Shown here: piece after piece, positions 9,764 to 28,767 of the stretch
Position numbering within the stretch: position 1 is the stretch's first letter
How the letters are laid out: every line of letters begins with the position of its first letter
NCBI GenBank assembly: GCA_035548155.1
Contig: DASZUD010000231.1
Location: 5,986 to 69,985, forward strand
Origin: Polyangia bacterium
GTDB lineage: Bacteria > Myxococcota_A > Polyangia > Fen-1088
Reading direction: 5' to 3'
Length of the DNA stretch: 64,000 nucleotides
The notes under the pieces: model-generated
What the model was told of the DNA's origin: nothing
The model's database searches: none
What the model saw: the letters and a program-made list of their open reading frames with translations, nothing else
Made by a program: the position numbers and the translations under genes

Positions 9764-10477
9764 TCAAAAAAGCTCAGGCAGCGCCGAGAAGCGCTTGATG
9801 ACGGGGAGGTGCGGGAAACGCAGCTGGAAGCGCTCGGACGAGAACGTCGTCGCGACGCCGACGAACGGGATCCCTTCGCGCTCGGCGATCTCGCCGTCGT
9901 GCAGCGAATCGCCGACGAACAGCATCTCCTGGCGGTCGAGCCCGAACTTGCGCGACGTCGCGTCGATGTGCGGGCGCCCCTTGGCGAGGCCCTCGCCGAA
10001 GCCGAGCACGAGATCGAACGGAAAGCCGGCGTTGCGCGCGAACGTCTCGACGTTGCGCGTGCCGTTGTTCGACGAGACGGCGATGCGCACGCCCATCTCG
10101 CGCATGCGCTCGAGCGCGCGCCGCGTGTCCTGCGGCATGCGGATGAGATCGCACCGCTCGGGCTTGCGGCCCTCGAACAGATCGGACGCGCCCGCGTTCC
10201 GCGGATCGCCCGGGTAGATCTCCTCGAGCTGCTTGACGAACGGCAGGCCGCACGTCGCGAGGTACAGCTCGCGCGCGAGCATGCGCGGCGTGCCGTAGGT
10301 CGACTCCATCACCTCGGTCGCGAGGTCGGCCAGCGTCGGCATGCTGTCGATCAGCGTGCCGTCCAGGTCGCACAGCAGCACGCGCGGCAGCGGGAGGCGC
10401 CCAAGGGCGCGCGCCGGGGCAAGGCCGGGGCTGAAGCTGGGTAAGCTCGACTTGGTGACGACGGGGAAGCCTGACAT
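9764..10477 (-). CDS. HAD-superfamily hydrolase (phosphatase).
   Basis: HAD motif I LLCDLDGTLIDS is present, with motif IV-like FVGDSLHDGEIA. The start is chosen at MSGFPVVT inside the track ORF 9764..10537. Confidence 0.7.
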   Translation of the reverse strand: MSGFPVVTKSSLPSFSPGLAPARALGRLPLPRVLLCDLDGTLIDSMPTLADLATEVMESTYGTPRMLARELYLATCGLPFVKQLEEIYPGDPRNAGASDLFEGRKPERCDLIRMPQDTRRALERMREMGVRIAVSSNNGTRNVETFARNAGFPFDLVLGFGEGLAKGRPHIDATSRKFGLDRQEMLFVGDSLHDGEIAEREGIPFVGVATTFSSERFQLRFPHLPVIKRFSALPELF

Positions 10478-10678
10478 GACGGATCCCCCTCCGAGCAAGG
10501 GACACGCCACCGCGATCGGCGCTCTAAGTGTTTGCAATCATTCGGACGCCGGGCTGGCGACGGTGTCGGTGTTCAACCTTCGACACCCGCCTGGTGGTGG
10601 GTTTTCACCACCGGCTACCCGACCCACCCGAGCTGCCCCGAGACGGACAACGCTCCCCCCAGGGGCCGGGCGCCTGAC

Positions 10679-12082
10679 CTAGGCGCCGACGATCAAAATG
10701 AAGCGCCAGTTCTGGGCCTCGATGCCGTAGCCGGCGTCGAAGCCGACGAGCGGGACCGCGACCGAGCGCAGGAAGAAACGGAGACCGCCGCCCACGTCGT
10801 TGTGGATGCTCTGGCTCCACGAAAAGCCGTACTTGTTGTCGGCGGGGAACACGCGCATGTCCACCGTGGGCCGCGTGTAGTGATCCATGCCGCCGAAGTC
10901 GGTCGGCACCTCGCGGAACCACAGCGCCTGCACGTCGTAGAACGCGAGCGCGCGGAAATCGAGCGAGCCGATCGAAAAGAGCGGGAAGTGGTACTCGACC
11001 TTGCCGCCGACCTGCGAGTCACCGCGGAACTGCTGGTACAGATAGCCGCGCAGGTTCGGGCCGCCCGCGGTGTTCTCCGCCCAAAACGGCAGATCATGGC
11101 CGAAGGTCGCGCCCACGAGATAGATCAGGTTGTGCGACTTGAAGAACCGGATGCCGTGCTCCCAGCTGGCGCCGGCGCGCCAGTAGGTGAAGTCACTCTT
11201 GAACGTCGGGCTCGCGTAGTCGAACCCGAGGCTGAACGCCTCGCCGCGCATGACGGCGAACTCGCGCCCGCGAAAGTCGAACGTCAGTGAGGCGCGCCCG
11301 ATGCCCGCCAGCCCCCCGTTGGTGAGGGACGGCTCGGGCGCACCAGTCTCGGGGTTGAACGCGCCCTCGTTGTTGAAGTTCTCGAGGTGCCACGCCACCT
11401 GCGTCTTCACGCGTCTCCACCAGGCGATGCCGGCCACCAACTCGAAGCCGTACGAGAAGAGGTGCTGCTCGGAGAGCTCGGCCGGATCGGCGAGCGAGAT
11501 CTGGCCTCCGGGACCCGTCCCGTAGTTCTGGTACTCGGGGATGACCTGCTTCTGCACGAGGCCCTGCGCCTGCCAGTAGAGCCAGCTCCCGAACAGCGAC
11601 GGATCGCGGTAGGCGAGGAGGGCGCCCGAGTCGACGGTGGCGACGCGACCGCCGATCGCGAGCTGCTTGCCGCGCCCGAACAGGTTGCCGTGCACGAACA
11701 AGACGCCCAGCGACTTGTTGTTCGCCGACCACGAGCCCGTGGGGACCGGGGCCCACGGAAACTTGTCTTTCACGGAGACATTCACGCGAACGCCCGCGCC
11801 ATTCGGCTCCCACCAGACGTTGACGTCCGAGAAGAGGCCCGTCGTGTTGAGACGCTCGCGCACCTTGTCGAGGGTGTCCGCCTCGAGGATGTCGCCGTTG
11901 GAGATGCCGGCGATCGAGCGGACGGTGGCCTCTTCGGTGCGCTGGTTGTCGAGGATACGCACGTCGGTGATGGTCTCGCCGATCGCGAGGGCGCGCCCGG
12001 GCGCTGCGCAAAGGCCGATCAGCACCAAGACGACTGCGAGCCCGACGGACCGGGCACGCGACGTCAAGCCAAGCTCGGTCAT
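10679..12082 (-). CDS. Omp85-family outer-membrane beta-barrel protein with a single POTRA domain.
   Basis: A signal peptide MTELGLTSRARSVGLAVVLVLIGLCAAPGRALA is present. The POTRA-like segment reads ITDVRILDNQRTEEATVRSIAGISNGDILEADTLDKVRERLNTTGLFSDVNV. Beyond it lies an aromatic/Gly-rich, beta-barrel-like sequence. Confidence 0.7.
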   Translation of the reverse strand: MTELGLTSRARSVGLAVVLVLIGLCAAPGRALAIGETITDVRILDNQRTEEATVRSIAGISNGDILEADTLDKVRERLNTTGLFSDVNVWWEPNGAGVRVNVSVKDKFPWAPVPTGSWSANNKSLGVLFVHGNLFGRGKQLAIGGRVATVDSGALLAYRDPSLFGSWLYWQAQGLVQKQVIPEYQNYGTGPGGQISLADPAELSEQHLFSYGFELVAGIAWWRRVKTQVAWHLENFNNEGAFNPETGAPEPSLTNGGLAGIGRASLTFDFRGREFAVMRGEAFSLGFDYASPTFKSDFTYWRAGASWEHGIRFFKSHNLIYLVGATFGHDLPFWAENTAGGPNLRGYLYQQFRGDSQVGGKVEYHFPLFSIGSLDFRALAFYDVQALWFREVPTDFGGMDHYTRPTVDMRVFPADNKYGFSWSQSIHNDVGGGLRFFLRSVAVPLVGFDAGYGIEAQNWRFILIVGA

Positions 12083-12276
12083 GCGGCAAGCATATCGGCG
12101 CCGCGAGCATTCGTAAATGCTCGCTCTGCCCTGCGCGAGCACTTGTCGCTCCTTGTGGGACTTGTGTCACATCCCACATGCGACGGCGATCTCGCTCGCT
12201 TCGCGCGCCCTAAGGGCGGCGCGGGCCGCGAATACACCTCCCGTCGCGGAAAATTGCTGGTAATTTTGGCGGGCCC

Positions 12277-14781
12277 ATGGCGTCCCCCGACTCGGCACGA
12301 AGTGACCGGTACCACAGGTGGGTGACGAAGCATCCGGTGCTCGTCCTCTTGATCGCGACGCTCGTGGCGGCGGGAGGCGCGTTCCTCGCGTCGAAGCTGC
12401 GGCTCAAGACGGCGTTCGTCGAGCTCCTGCCCAACAACGACCCCGGCGTCGTGGCCCTCGCGCGCACGCAGAAGCGCATCGGCGACCTCTCGCTGCTGCT
12501 CATCGGCGTGCGCTCGCCCGACCACGAAGCGAACCTGCGCTACGCCGAGGCGCTGACGCAGAAGCTGCGAGCGATGCCGGACCGCGTGGTGCAGCTCGCC
12601 GCCTACAACATCCGCGACGTCCGGAGCTTCTTCCAGAAGAACAAGTGGCTCTACGCCTCGGAGGACGACCTCGAGTCGATCCGCGACCGCCTGCGCAGCG
12701 AGATCAGCAAGCGCAAGAACCCGCTCTACGTCGCGCTCGGTGACGAAGAGTCGCTCGAGGACATGCAGAAGCGGCTCGCGGAGCACAAAGATCCCGTCGA
12801 GGAGCGCTTCCCGGGCGGCGTCTTCACGAGCAACAACGGCGAGTACGTTTGGATCGCCGCGCTGCCGCCGGGCGGCCTCTTCGCCGAGAACGCCGGCGAG
12901 GGCCTGTTCAAGGCCGCGCACCGGCTGATCGCCGAGCTGCCGCCCACGAGCTTCCATCCCGAGATGCGGGCCGAGGTCTCAGGGCCCATCGCGACGGCCA
13001 TCGCCAGCCGCGAGGCGGTCGAGCGCGACATCCTGTGGGTCACGGTGACCTGCCTCGTCGTGGTCGCGCTGTCGATCGGCGTCTATTTCCGCCGCCTGCG
13101 CGCGATCCCCCTCACGGGGGCCCCGGCCGTCGTGGGCGCGGCGCTGGCGTTCGGCGTGGCCCAGCTCGCGTTCGGCTACCTGAACTCGTCGACGGCGTTC
13201 CTCGGGTCGATCATCCTCGGTAACGGCATCAACTACGCGATCGTCGTCATGTCGCGCTACGAGGAGCAGCGCGCGCGCGGCGACAATGCGGACGCGGCGT
13301 TGCGCGCGGCGCTGGCCGGTACCTGGCGCGGCACGCTGGTGGCGTCGATCTGCGCGTCGGCGGCGTACGCCTCGCTGATGGTGACGAGCTTCCGCGGCTT
13401 TTATCAGTTCGGTGTCATGGGCGCCGTGGGCGCGCTGTTCTGCTGGGCCGCCTCGTACACGGTGCTGCCGGCGATGCTGGTCATCCTCGACCGGCGCGGC
13501 GGCGACGGCGCCCCGCGGGGGCGCGCGCCTCTGGACCTCGGGCCGCTGGCGCGGTTGCTCGGCCGCCACGGCGCGGCGGTCTCGGTCGTCGTGACGATCA
13601 TCGGCGCGGGCTCGCTGCTGGGCCTCACGCACTTTCTCAAAGACCCGTTCGAGTACGACTTCCGCCGGCTCAACGCGAAGCTGAACTCGACGAAAGAGGC
13701 CCAGGAGTTCGGCAAGAGCTTCGACAAGCTCTTCGGCCGGTGGCCGTCGCCCACCATCGTGCTCGCCGACTCGGTCGACGAGGTCGAAGACATCAAGCAG
13801 ACGATCCGGCGGCAAGACGCCGAGCAGGCGGCCCAGCGTCCCGATCCGAACGCGCCCGGCGCCAAGACCATCGGGCAGATCGTCACGATCTACGATCTCC
13901 TGCCCGGGACGCCCGAGGTGCAGCAGCGGAAGCTGGCGCTGATCGCCGACATCGACAAGCTGAAGCACGACAAGTCGCTGGCGCTGCTGACACCGGACGA
14001 ACGGAAGAAGCTGGACCAGATCGACCCGCCGAACGATCTCCACGAGCTCAAGCCGATGGACTTGCCGGCGATCGCGCGCCGGCCGTTCTCCGAGGTCGAC
14101 GGCACCGTCGGCCGCGTCGTGCTCGTCTACCCGGTCGAGCAGGGCATCTCGGTGTGGAGCGGCCGCGATCTCTTGCGCATGGCCGGGGTGCTGCAGTTCC
14201 TGCACTTGCCCTCTGGCAAGGAGCTCGAGACGTCAGGCTCGGCCGTCGTGTTCGGTGCGATGATCCGCTCGATCCTGCACGACGGGCCCATCGCGACGAT
14301 CGTGTCGCTCGTGGCGGTCATCCTGCTGGTGCTCGCCACGATCCGGCCGCTGCGCGCGGCGCTGGTGGCCGTGGGCATCCTCCTCCTGGGGGTGGTGGTG
14401 ATGGTGGGCGGCGCGGGCTGGGCGCGCGTGCACGTGACCTTTCTCAACTTCATCGCGCTGCCGATCACGTTCGGCATCGGCGCCGAATACGTGCTGAACG
14501 TCGTGACGCGCTACCGCGAGGAGAAGGACATCCTGCGCGCCGTCATCTCGACGGGCGCGGCGGTCGCGCTGTGCTCGTGGACGACGATCGTCGGCTACGG
14601 CTCGCTGCTGGCGGCGCGCAACCAGGCGCTGCAGGGCTTCGGCGCCATGGCGATTCTGGGCGAGGTGGCGTGCCTCTCGGCGGCCATCGTCGCGCTGCCG
14701 GCGTTCATCATCTGGCGCCAGCAACGCCGGCGCAGCGCCGAGGTGCCCGCGCCAGCCAGCAGCGTCGACGCCGCGTCCTGA
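12277..14781 (+). CDS. MMPL/RND-superfamily exporter (sterol-sensing-domain type, HpnN-like).
   Basis: The 834-aa protein has two sets of transmembrane helices separated by large soluble loops. Its overall layout matches MMPL/RND transporters. Confidence 0.75.
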   Translation: MASPDSARSDRYHRWVTKHPVLVLLIATLVAAGGAFLASKLRLKTAFVELLPNNDPGVVALARTQKRIGDLSLLLIGVRSPDHEANLRYAEALTQKLRAMPDRVVQLAAYNIRDVRSFFQKNKWLYASEDDLESIRDRLRSEISKRKNPLYVALGDEESLEDMQKRLAEHKDPVEERFPGGVFTSNNGEYVWIAALPPGGLFAENAGEGLFKAAHRLIAELPPTSFHPEMRAEVSGPIATAIASREAVERDILWVTVTCLVVVALSIGVYFRRLRAIPLTGAPAVVGAALAFGVAQLAFGYLNSSTAFLGSIILGNGINYAIVVMSRYEEQRARGDNADAALRAALAGTWRGTLVASICASAAYASLMVTSFRGFYQFGVMGAVGALFCWAASYTVLPAMLVILDRRGGDGAPRGRAPLDLGPLARLLGRHGAAVSVVVTIIGAGSLLGLTHFLKDPFEYDFRRLNAKLNSTKEAQEFGKSFDKLFGRWPSPTIVLADSVDEVEDIKQTIRRQDAEQAAQRPDPNAPGAKTIGQIVTIYDLLPGTPEVQQRKLALIADIDKLKHDKSLALLTPDERKKLDQIDPPNDLHELKPMDLPAIARRPFSEVDGTVGRVVLVYPVEQGISVWSGRDLLRMAGVLQFLHLPSGKELETSGSAVVFGAMIRSILHDGPIATIVSLVAVILLVLATIRPLRAALVAVGILLLGVVVMVGGAGWARVHVTFLNFIALPITFGIGAEYVLNVVTRYREEKDILRAVISTGAAVALCSWTTIVGYGSLLAARNQALQGFGAMAILGEVACLSAAIVALPAFIIWRQQRRRSAEVPAPASSVDAAS

Positions 14782-14803
14782 TGACGCGCGGCGGTCGGGC
14801 GCC

Positions 14804-15037
14804 TCAGTGCCCGATTCGGTAGCGGATCACGCCTGACGTCATGAGGATCAGCACGATCCCGAATGCGAAGTGCACCAGGCCGAAGATGAGGTGATTGCGG
14901 CGCAGCTTGGCGCGGGCGGGCGTCTCCTCGGCGAGCTCGCGATCGGGGCGCCGGCGGCCCAGGAAGATGGCGCGCGCGAGACCGAAGACGGCCAGGAAAC
15001 CGCCCACGGCGTAGAAGAAAATCGGGGGCAGGCTCAT
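14804..15037 (-). CDS. Small membrane protein (77 aa, two transmembrane helices).
   Basis: Only the C-terminal 77 codons of track ORF 14804..15592 look coding (MSLPPIFFYAVGGFLAVFGL...). The upstream 185 codons are R-rich. The ATG overlaps the rny stop codon. Confidence 0.45.
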   Translation of the reverse strand: MSLPPIFFYAVGGFLAVFGLARAIFLGRRRPDRELAEETPARAKLRRNHLIFGLVHFAFGIVLILMTSGVIRYRIGH

Positions 15038-16602
15038 CAGCTGGCGACCTCCGTCGCTTTGAACTCGCGGATCACGGTGACCCGAATCTGCCCCGGAAAC
15101 CGCATCTCCTGCGAGATTTTTTTGGCGACCGCGCCGGAGAGATCCACGGCGCCCAAATCGTCGACGCGATCTTCCTGGACGTAGATGCGGACCTCGCGCC
15201 CGCCCTGAACGGCGTAGGCCTCGGTGATGCCGCGGAAGCCGCGCGTGATGCGCTCGAGGTCCTCGAGGCGCGAGTGGAAGCTCTCGTCCAGCTGGCGCCG
15301 CGCGCCGGGCCGCGCGCCCGACATCGCGTCGGCGGCGGCGACCAGGTACGCGTAGGCGCTCGCGAACGGCTCGTCGGTGTGGTGCGCCCCGATGGCGTTC
15401 GCGACGATCTCCGTCTCGCCGAGGCGGCGCGCGTAGTCGGCGCCGATGACGGCGTGCGATCCGTCGAGCTCGTGGGTGAGCGCCTTGCCGATGTCGTGCA
15501 TCAGCGCCGCGCGCCGCGCGACCTTGAGGTCGAGATCCAGCTCCTCGGCCATCATGCCGCACAGGAAGCCCGCCTCGATGGCGTGCTTCCATTGGTTTTG
15601 GGTGTAGCTGGTCCGGTAATTGAGGCGCCCGACGAGCCGCACGATCTCGGCGTGCGCGGGCGGGATCTCGAGGACGCGGAAGGCGCGGCGGCCGAGGTCG
15701 TCCAGCTCGATCTCGAGCTGTTTGCTGATCTCGCGCGCGAGCCGCGTCACCTCACCCGCGTCGGCGGCGAGGCGTGGGTTGCGCATCATGCGCGCGAGGC
15801 ACCGGCGCGCGACCTCGCGCCCGACGCCGTCGAGGCCCTCGAGGCGAACGGCGTCACCGGTCTCGACCAGCGACAGCGTCACGTTGGCGATGCCGCCGAT
15901 CGCCTGCAAGTTGGCGGCGCCGTCGCCGACGATCGCCTCGGGCTTCACCCCCGGCCCGAACGGGATGATCGAGTGGAGCCGCTCGGTGAGGTAGTGCCCG
16001 GAGAAGCGGCCCACGGCGATGCCCATCACGCGGTGAGCGTGGCGCGCCGCCTCGTCGACGGGCGCGTGCTCGGCGAGCCGCACCGTCTGCGCGGCGTGCA
16101 TGCGCGCGTCCTCGAGCTCGTTCTCGGCGATGGCGGCCCACACGTCCTCGGCCGTCTCGCCCGCCTCGCGCTCGAGCGCGGCGCGCGTGCCTTGCTGCAC
16201 GTCCAAGAGCTCCTTCCGAGCGCGCGCGAGCTCCGCCTCCAGGTCGGTGGCCCGCTTCCGTTGCGCCTCGGCCGCCTCGCGCGCCGCCGCGAGCCGCGTC
16301 GCCGATGCCGACAGCTCCGACTCGCGCCGCGCCAGCCGCCCCGCGATCGTGTCCAGCTCGGCCTCTCTCACCTGACAGAACGACTCGAACGCCGAGACGC
16401 GTGCCCGCCCCTCCTCGCGCCCCTCGACCTCGGCCGCGCGCAGCGTCTCTTTGCTCTCCTCGGCGCCGGCGGCCCGGATCGCGTCGGCGACGTGGCGCAC
16501 GCTGGCCGTCCACGCCTCCGCCTCGCGCAAGGCGATGCGCTTACCGAGCAAGACGCCCGCGGCGACGACGAAGAACAGGCCGACGATGGCCCCCAGCCAC
16601 AT
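15037..16602 (-). CDS. rny: Ribonuclease Y.
   Basis: An N-terminal transmembrane helix and a coiled coil are present, followed by a KH domain. The HD domain carries LMHDIGKALTHE. Length is 521 aa. Confidence 0.9.
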   Translation of the reverse strand: MWLGAIVGLFFVVAAGVLLGKRIALREAEAWTASVRHVADAIRAAGAEESKETLRAAEVEGREEGRARVSAFESFCQVREAELDTIAGRLARRESELSASATRLAAAREAAEAQRKRATDLEAELARARKELLDVQQGTRAALEREAGETAEDVWAAIAENELEDARMHAAQTVRLAEHAPVDEAARHAHRVMGIAVGRFSGHYLTERLHSIIPFGPGVKPEAIVGDGAANLQAIGGIANVTLSLVETGDAVRLEGLDGVGREVARRCLARMMRNPRLAADAGEVTRLAREISKQLEIELDDLGRRAFRVLEIPPAHAEIVRLVGRLNYRTSYTQNQWKHAIEAGFLCGMMAEELDLDLKVARRAALMHDIGKALTHELDGSHAVIGADYARRLGETEIVANAIGAHHTDEPFASAYAYLVAAADAMSGARPGARRQLDESFHSRLEDLERITRGFRGITEAYAVQGGREVRIYVQEDRVDDLGAVDLSGAVAKKISQEMRFPGQIRVTVIREFKATEVAS

Positions 16603-16720
16603 GGCCCGTACTCTACCAGACGCCCCTCACCGGGCCCCCTCCCCCGCGAGCAAAGGAGCGCGAATCAGGTCCTACCTCCCTGCGCCGAAGCAAGCGAAGC
16701 GAGCGGGTTCATTGACGGGA

Positions 16721-16739
16721 GGCGCGGCTTCGCCGCGCC
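16721..16739 (-). terminator. GC-rich hairpin ggcgcggc-ttc-gccgcgcc downstream of the giant TPR gene. A second hairpin ggggcc-aacag-ggcccc lies at 16787..16803.
   Basis: The perfect 8-bp stem is seen in the sequence. It sits 80-100 nt after the 16822 stop on the minus strand. No U-tract follows, so it is a weak intrinsic terminator or a processing hairpin. Confidence 0.3.
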
Positions 16740-16821
16740 GGCTCACCTTCCGAGAAGCGCCGGGGAGGGCCCGCGGGAGTCGCGGAGGGGCCAACAGGCC
16801 CCTTCCGCGAAGCGAGCGCCG

Positions 16822-27360
<10,539 letters not shown>

Positions 27361-27518
27361 TGAGCTCCTCCAGATATCGGATCGGATCGGCGCTGACGCG
27401 CAGACGAGACGAACTACCGTTCGGTGAACGAACGAATCACGCTCGAGACAACTGCGAGAAAGACGGGGAGTGACGCCACTGCTGCGGGGGGATCGCTTCG
27501 CTCTAAACCTGCGAAACG

Positions 27519-27550
27519 GGGTAGAAAATCGGGAAGAAATTTATATCACG
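27519..27550 (-). promoter_or_regulatory. AT-rich island (gtagaaaatcgggaagaaatttatatcacg) inside the 492-nt intergenic region upstream of the giant TPR gene. On the minus strand it contains TATAAAT.
   Basis: It is a local AT spike in a ~70% GC background. The minus-strand hexamer is -10-like. No clean -35 was found. Confidence 0.25.
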
Positions 27551-27852
27551 CGCCATCGTCGCGAAGAACACGAAAACTTGACCCGGAAGGCGGTCTCGCG
27601 CGTCGCCAGCGACCCGTTCGAGCCCGTTGCCATCTCTCGCACACCATCCCACCGCGTGCTTCTGCAGAGGGACCCCGGAGCCGTGAGCATCGCCGGCCCC
27701 TTCTTCAAGGTCCGGACCACGCAAACTCACGAACGAGTCCTTCTCGCCAGGAGCTCGACCGCGATCGCCGTCCCCCAAAGCAAAACAGCCAGGCCCGCGA
27801 GGACCTGGCTGGTTGGGGTGCCCGACGGCGCGCGCGGCGCCCGAGCGACTGA

Positions 27853-28767
27853 CTACGGCCCGGACAGGGCGTAGAGCTTGTCGTTCGCCGCCTTGACGTA
27901 GTTCCCGTCGGCGGCCTTCCCGCTGTTCGTGACGAACTTCTGCAGGTACTCGCGCGCCTTGTCCTTCTGGTCGTTGCCGTGGGCCTCGTCGTACCAGTCG
28001 GAGTAGGCCATGCCCGCGTTGTAGAGGGCGTCGAACAACTCGGGGTCGAGGTCGATGGCCTTCTTGAACTCGGCCGTCGCCTGCTCGTACTGCTTGAGGT
28101 TCTTGAGCGCGAGCCCGTAGCCGTTGTGGCACTCGCCGTCGTCTTCCTTGGCCGTCACGCAGCCCTGAAAGACCTGCGCCGCCTCCTTGTTGAAGTCGTA
28201 GTCGAGGTACAGGTACCCGAGGGCGACGTACGACTTCGAGAAGCGCGGGTTCGCCTCGATGGCGCTGCGGAGGGCGTCGTCCGCCTCCTTTGGGTGATCG
28301 AGGACCTTGCGCACGAGGCCGAGGCGCCACCACGCCTTGAACAGCTTCGCGTCGGCCGACGTGGCCGCCGCGAACGCCTTCTCGGCCTGGTCGAGCTTCT
28401 TCTGCTCGAAGTACGCCTCGCCGAGGTCGTACTGGTAGTTGGCGTTGTTGGGCGTGTGGGCCACGGCCTGCTCGAACGACTCGATGGCCTTGTCCCACTT
28501 GCGCTGCTTCTGGAAGACCTTCCCGAGGTTGTAGTACGCGATGTCGTACGTCGGATCGGTCTGGATCGCCTGCTTGAGGTCCTTCTCCGCCGAGTCGTAG
28601 AGGTTGTTCTTGAACTCGTCGGCGCCCTTGTTGGCGAGCTCGATGGCCTTGATGCGCTCCTGGCTGCAGGTGAAGCCTTCGCAGGCCGGGAGCACGAAGC
28701 CGATCGCCAGGACGATCGCCTGAGGGGTCAGCAGTCGACTGAACGTCTTCGACTTGGACATGGTCAC
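27853..28767 (-). CDS. TPR-repeat lipoprotein (AgmV/GltH-like).
   Basis: A lipobox LPAC follows a signal peptide. TPR repeats are present (YYNLGKVF, YQYDLGEAY). Its start overlaps the stop of the FHA gene by 4 nt. Confidence 0.8.
   Translation of the reverse strand: MTMSKSKTFSRLLTPQAIVLAIGFVLPACEGFTCSQERIKAIELANKGADEFKNNLYDSAEKDLKQAIQTDPTYDIAYYNLGKVFQKQRKWDKAIESFEQAVAHTPNNANYQYDLGEAYFEQKKLDQAEKAFAAATSADAKLFKAWWRLGLVRKVLDHPKEADDALRSAIEANPRFSKSYVALGYLYLDYDFNKEAAQVFQGCVTAKEDDGECHNGYGLALKNLKQYEQATAEFKKAIDLDPELFDALYNAGMAYSDWYDEAHGNDQKDKAREYLQKFVTNSGKAADGNYVKAANDKLYALSGP

Noticed and set aside
7761-10217. An 818-aa plus-strand ORF.
   Set aside because: It is antisense to the GT4, nucleotidyltransferase and HAD genes. 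It has homopolymeric R/A/P composition and no motifs.
12979-14205. A 408-aa minus-strand ORF, and a 360-aa plus-strand ORF at 13740..14822.
   Set aside because: They sit inside the MMPL transporter gene in antisense or +1 frames and have R/D-rich translations.
15038-15592. The upstream 185 codons of ORF 14804..15592.
   Set aside because: This is an R/G-rich artefact overlapping rny in antisense. Only the last 77 codons look like a real small membrane protein.
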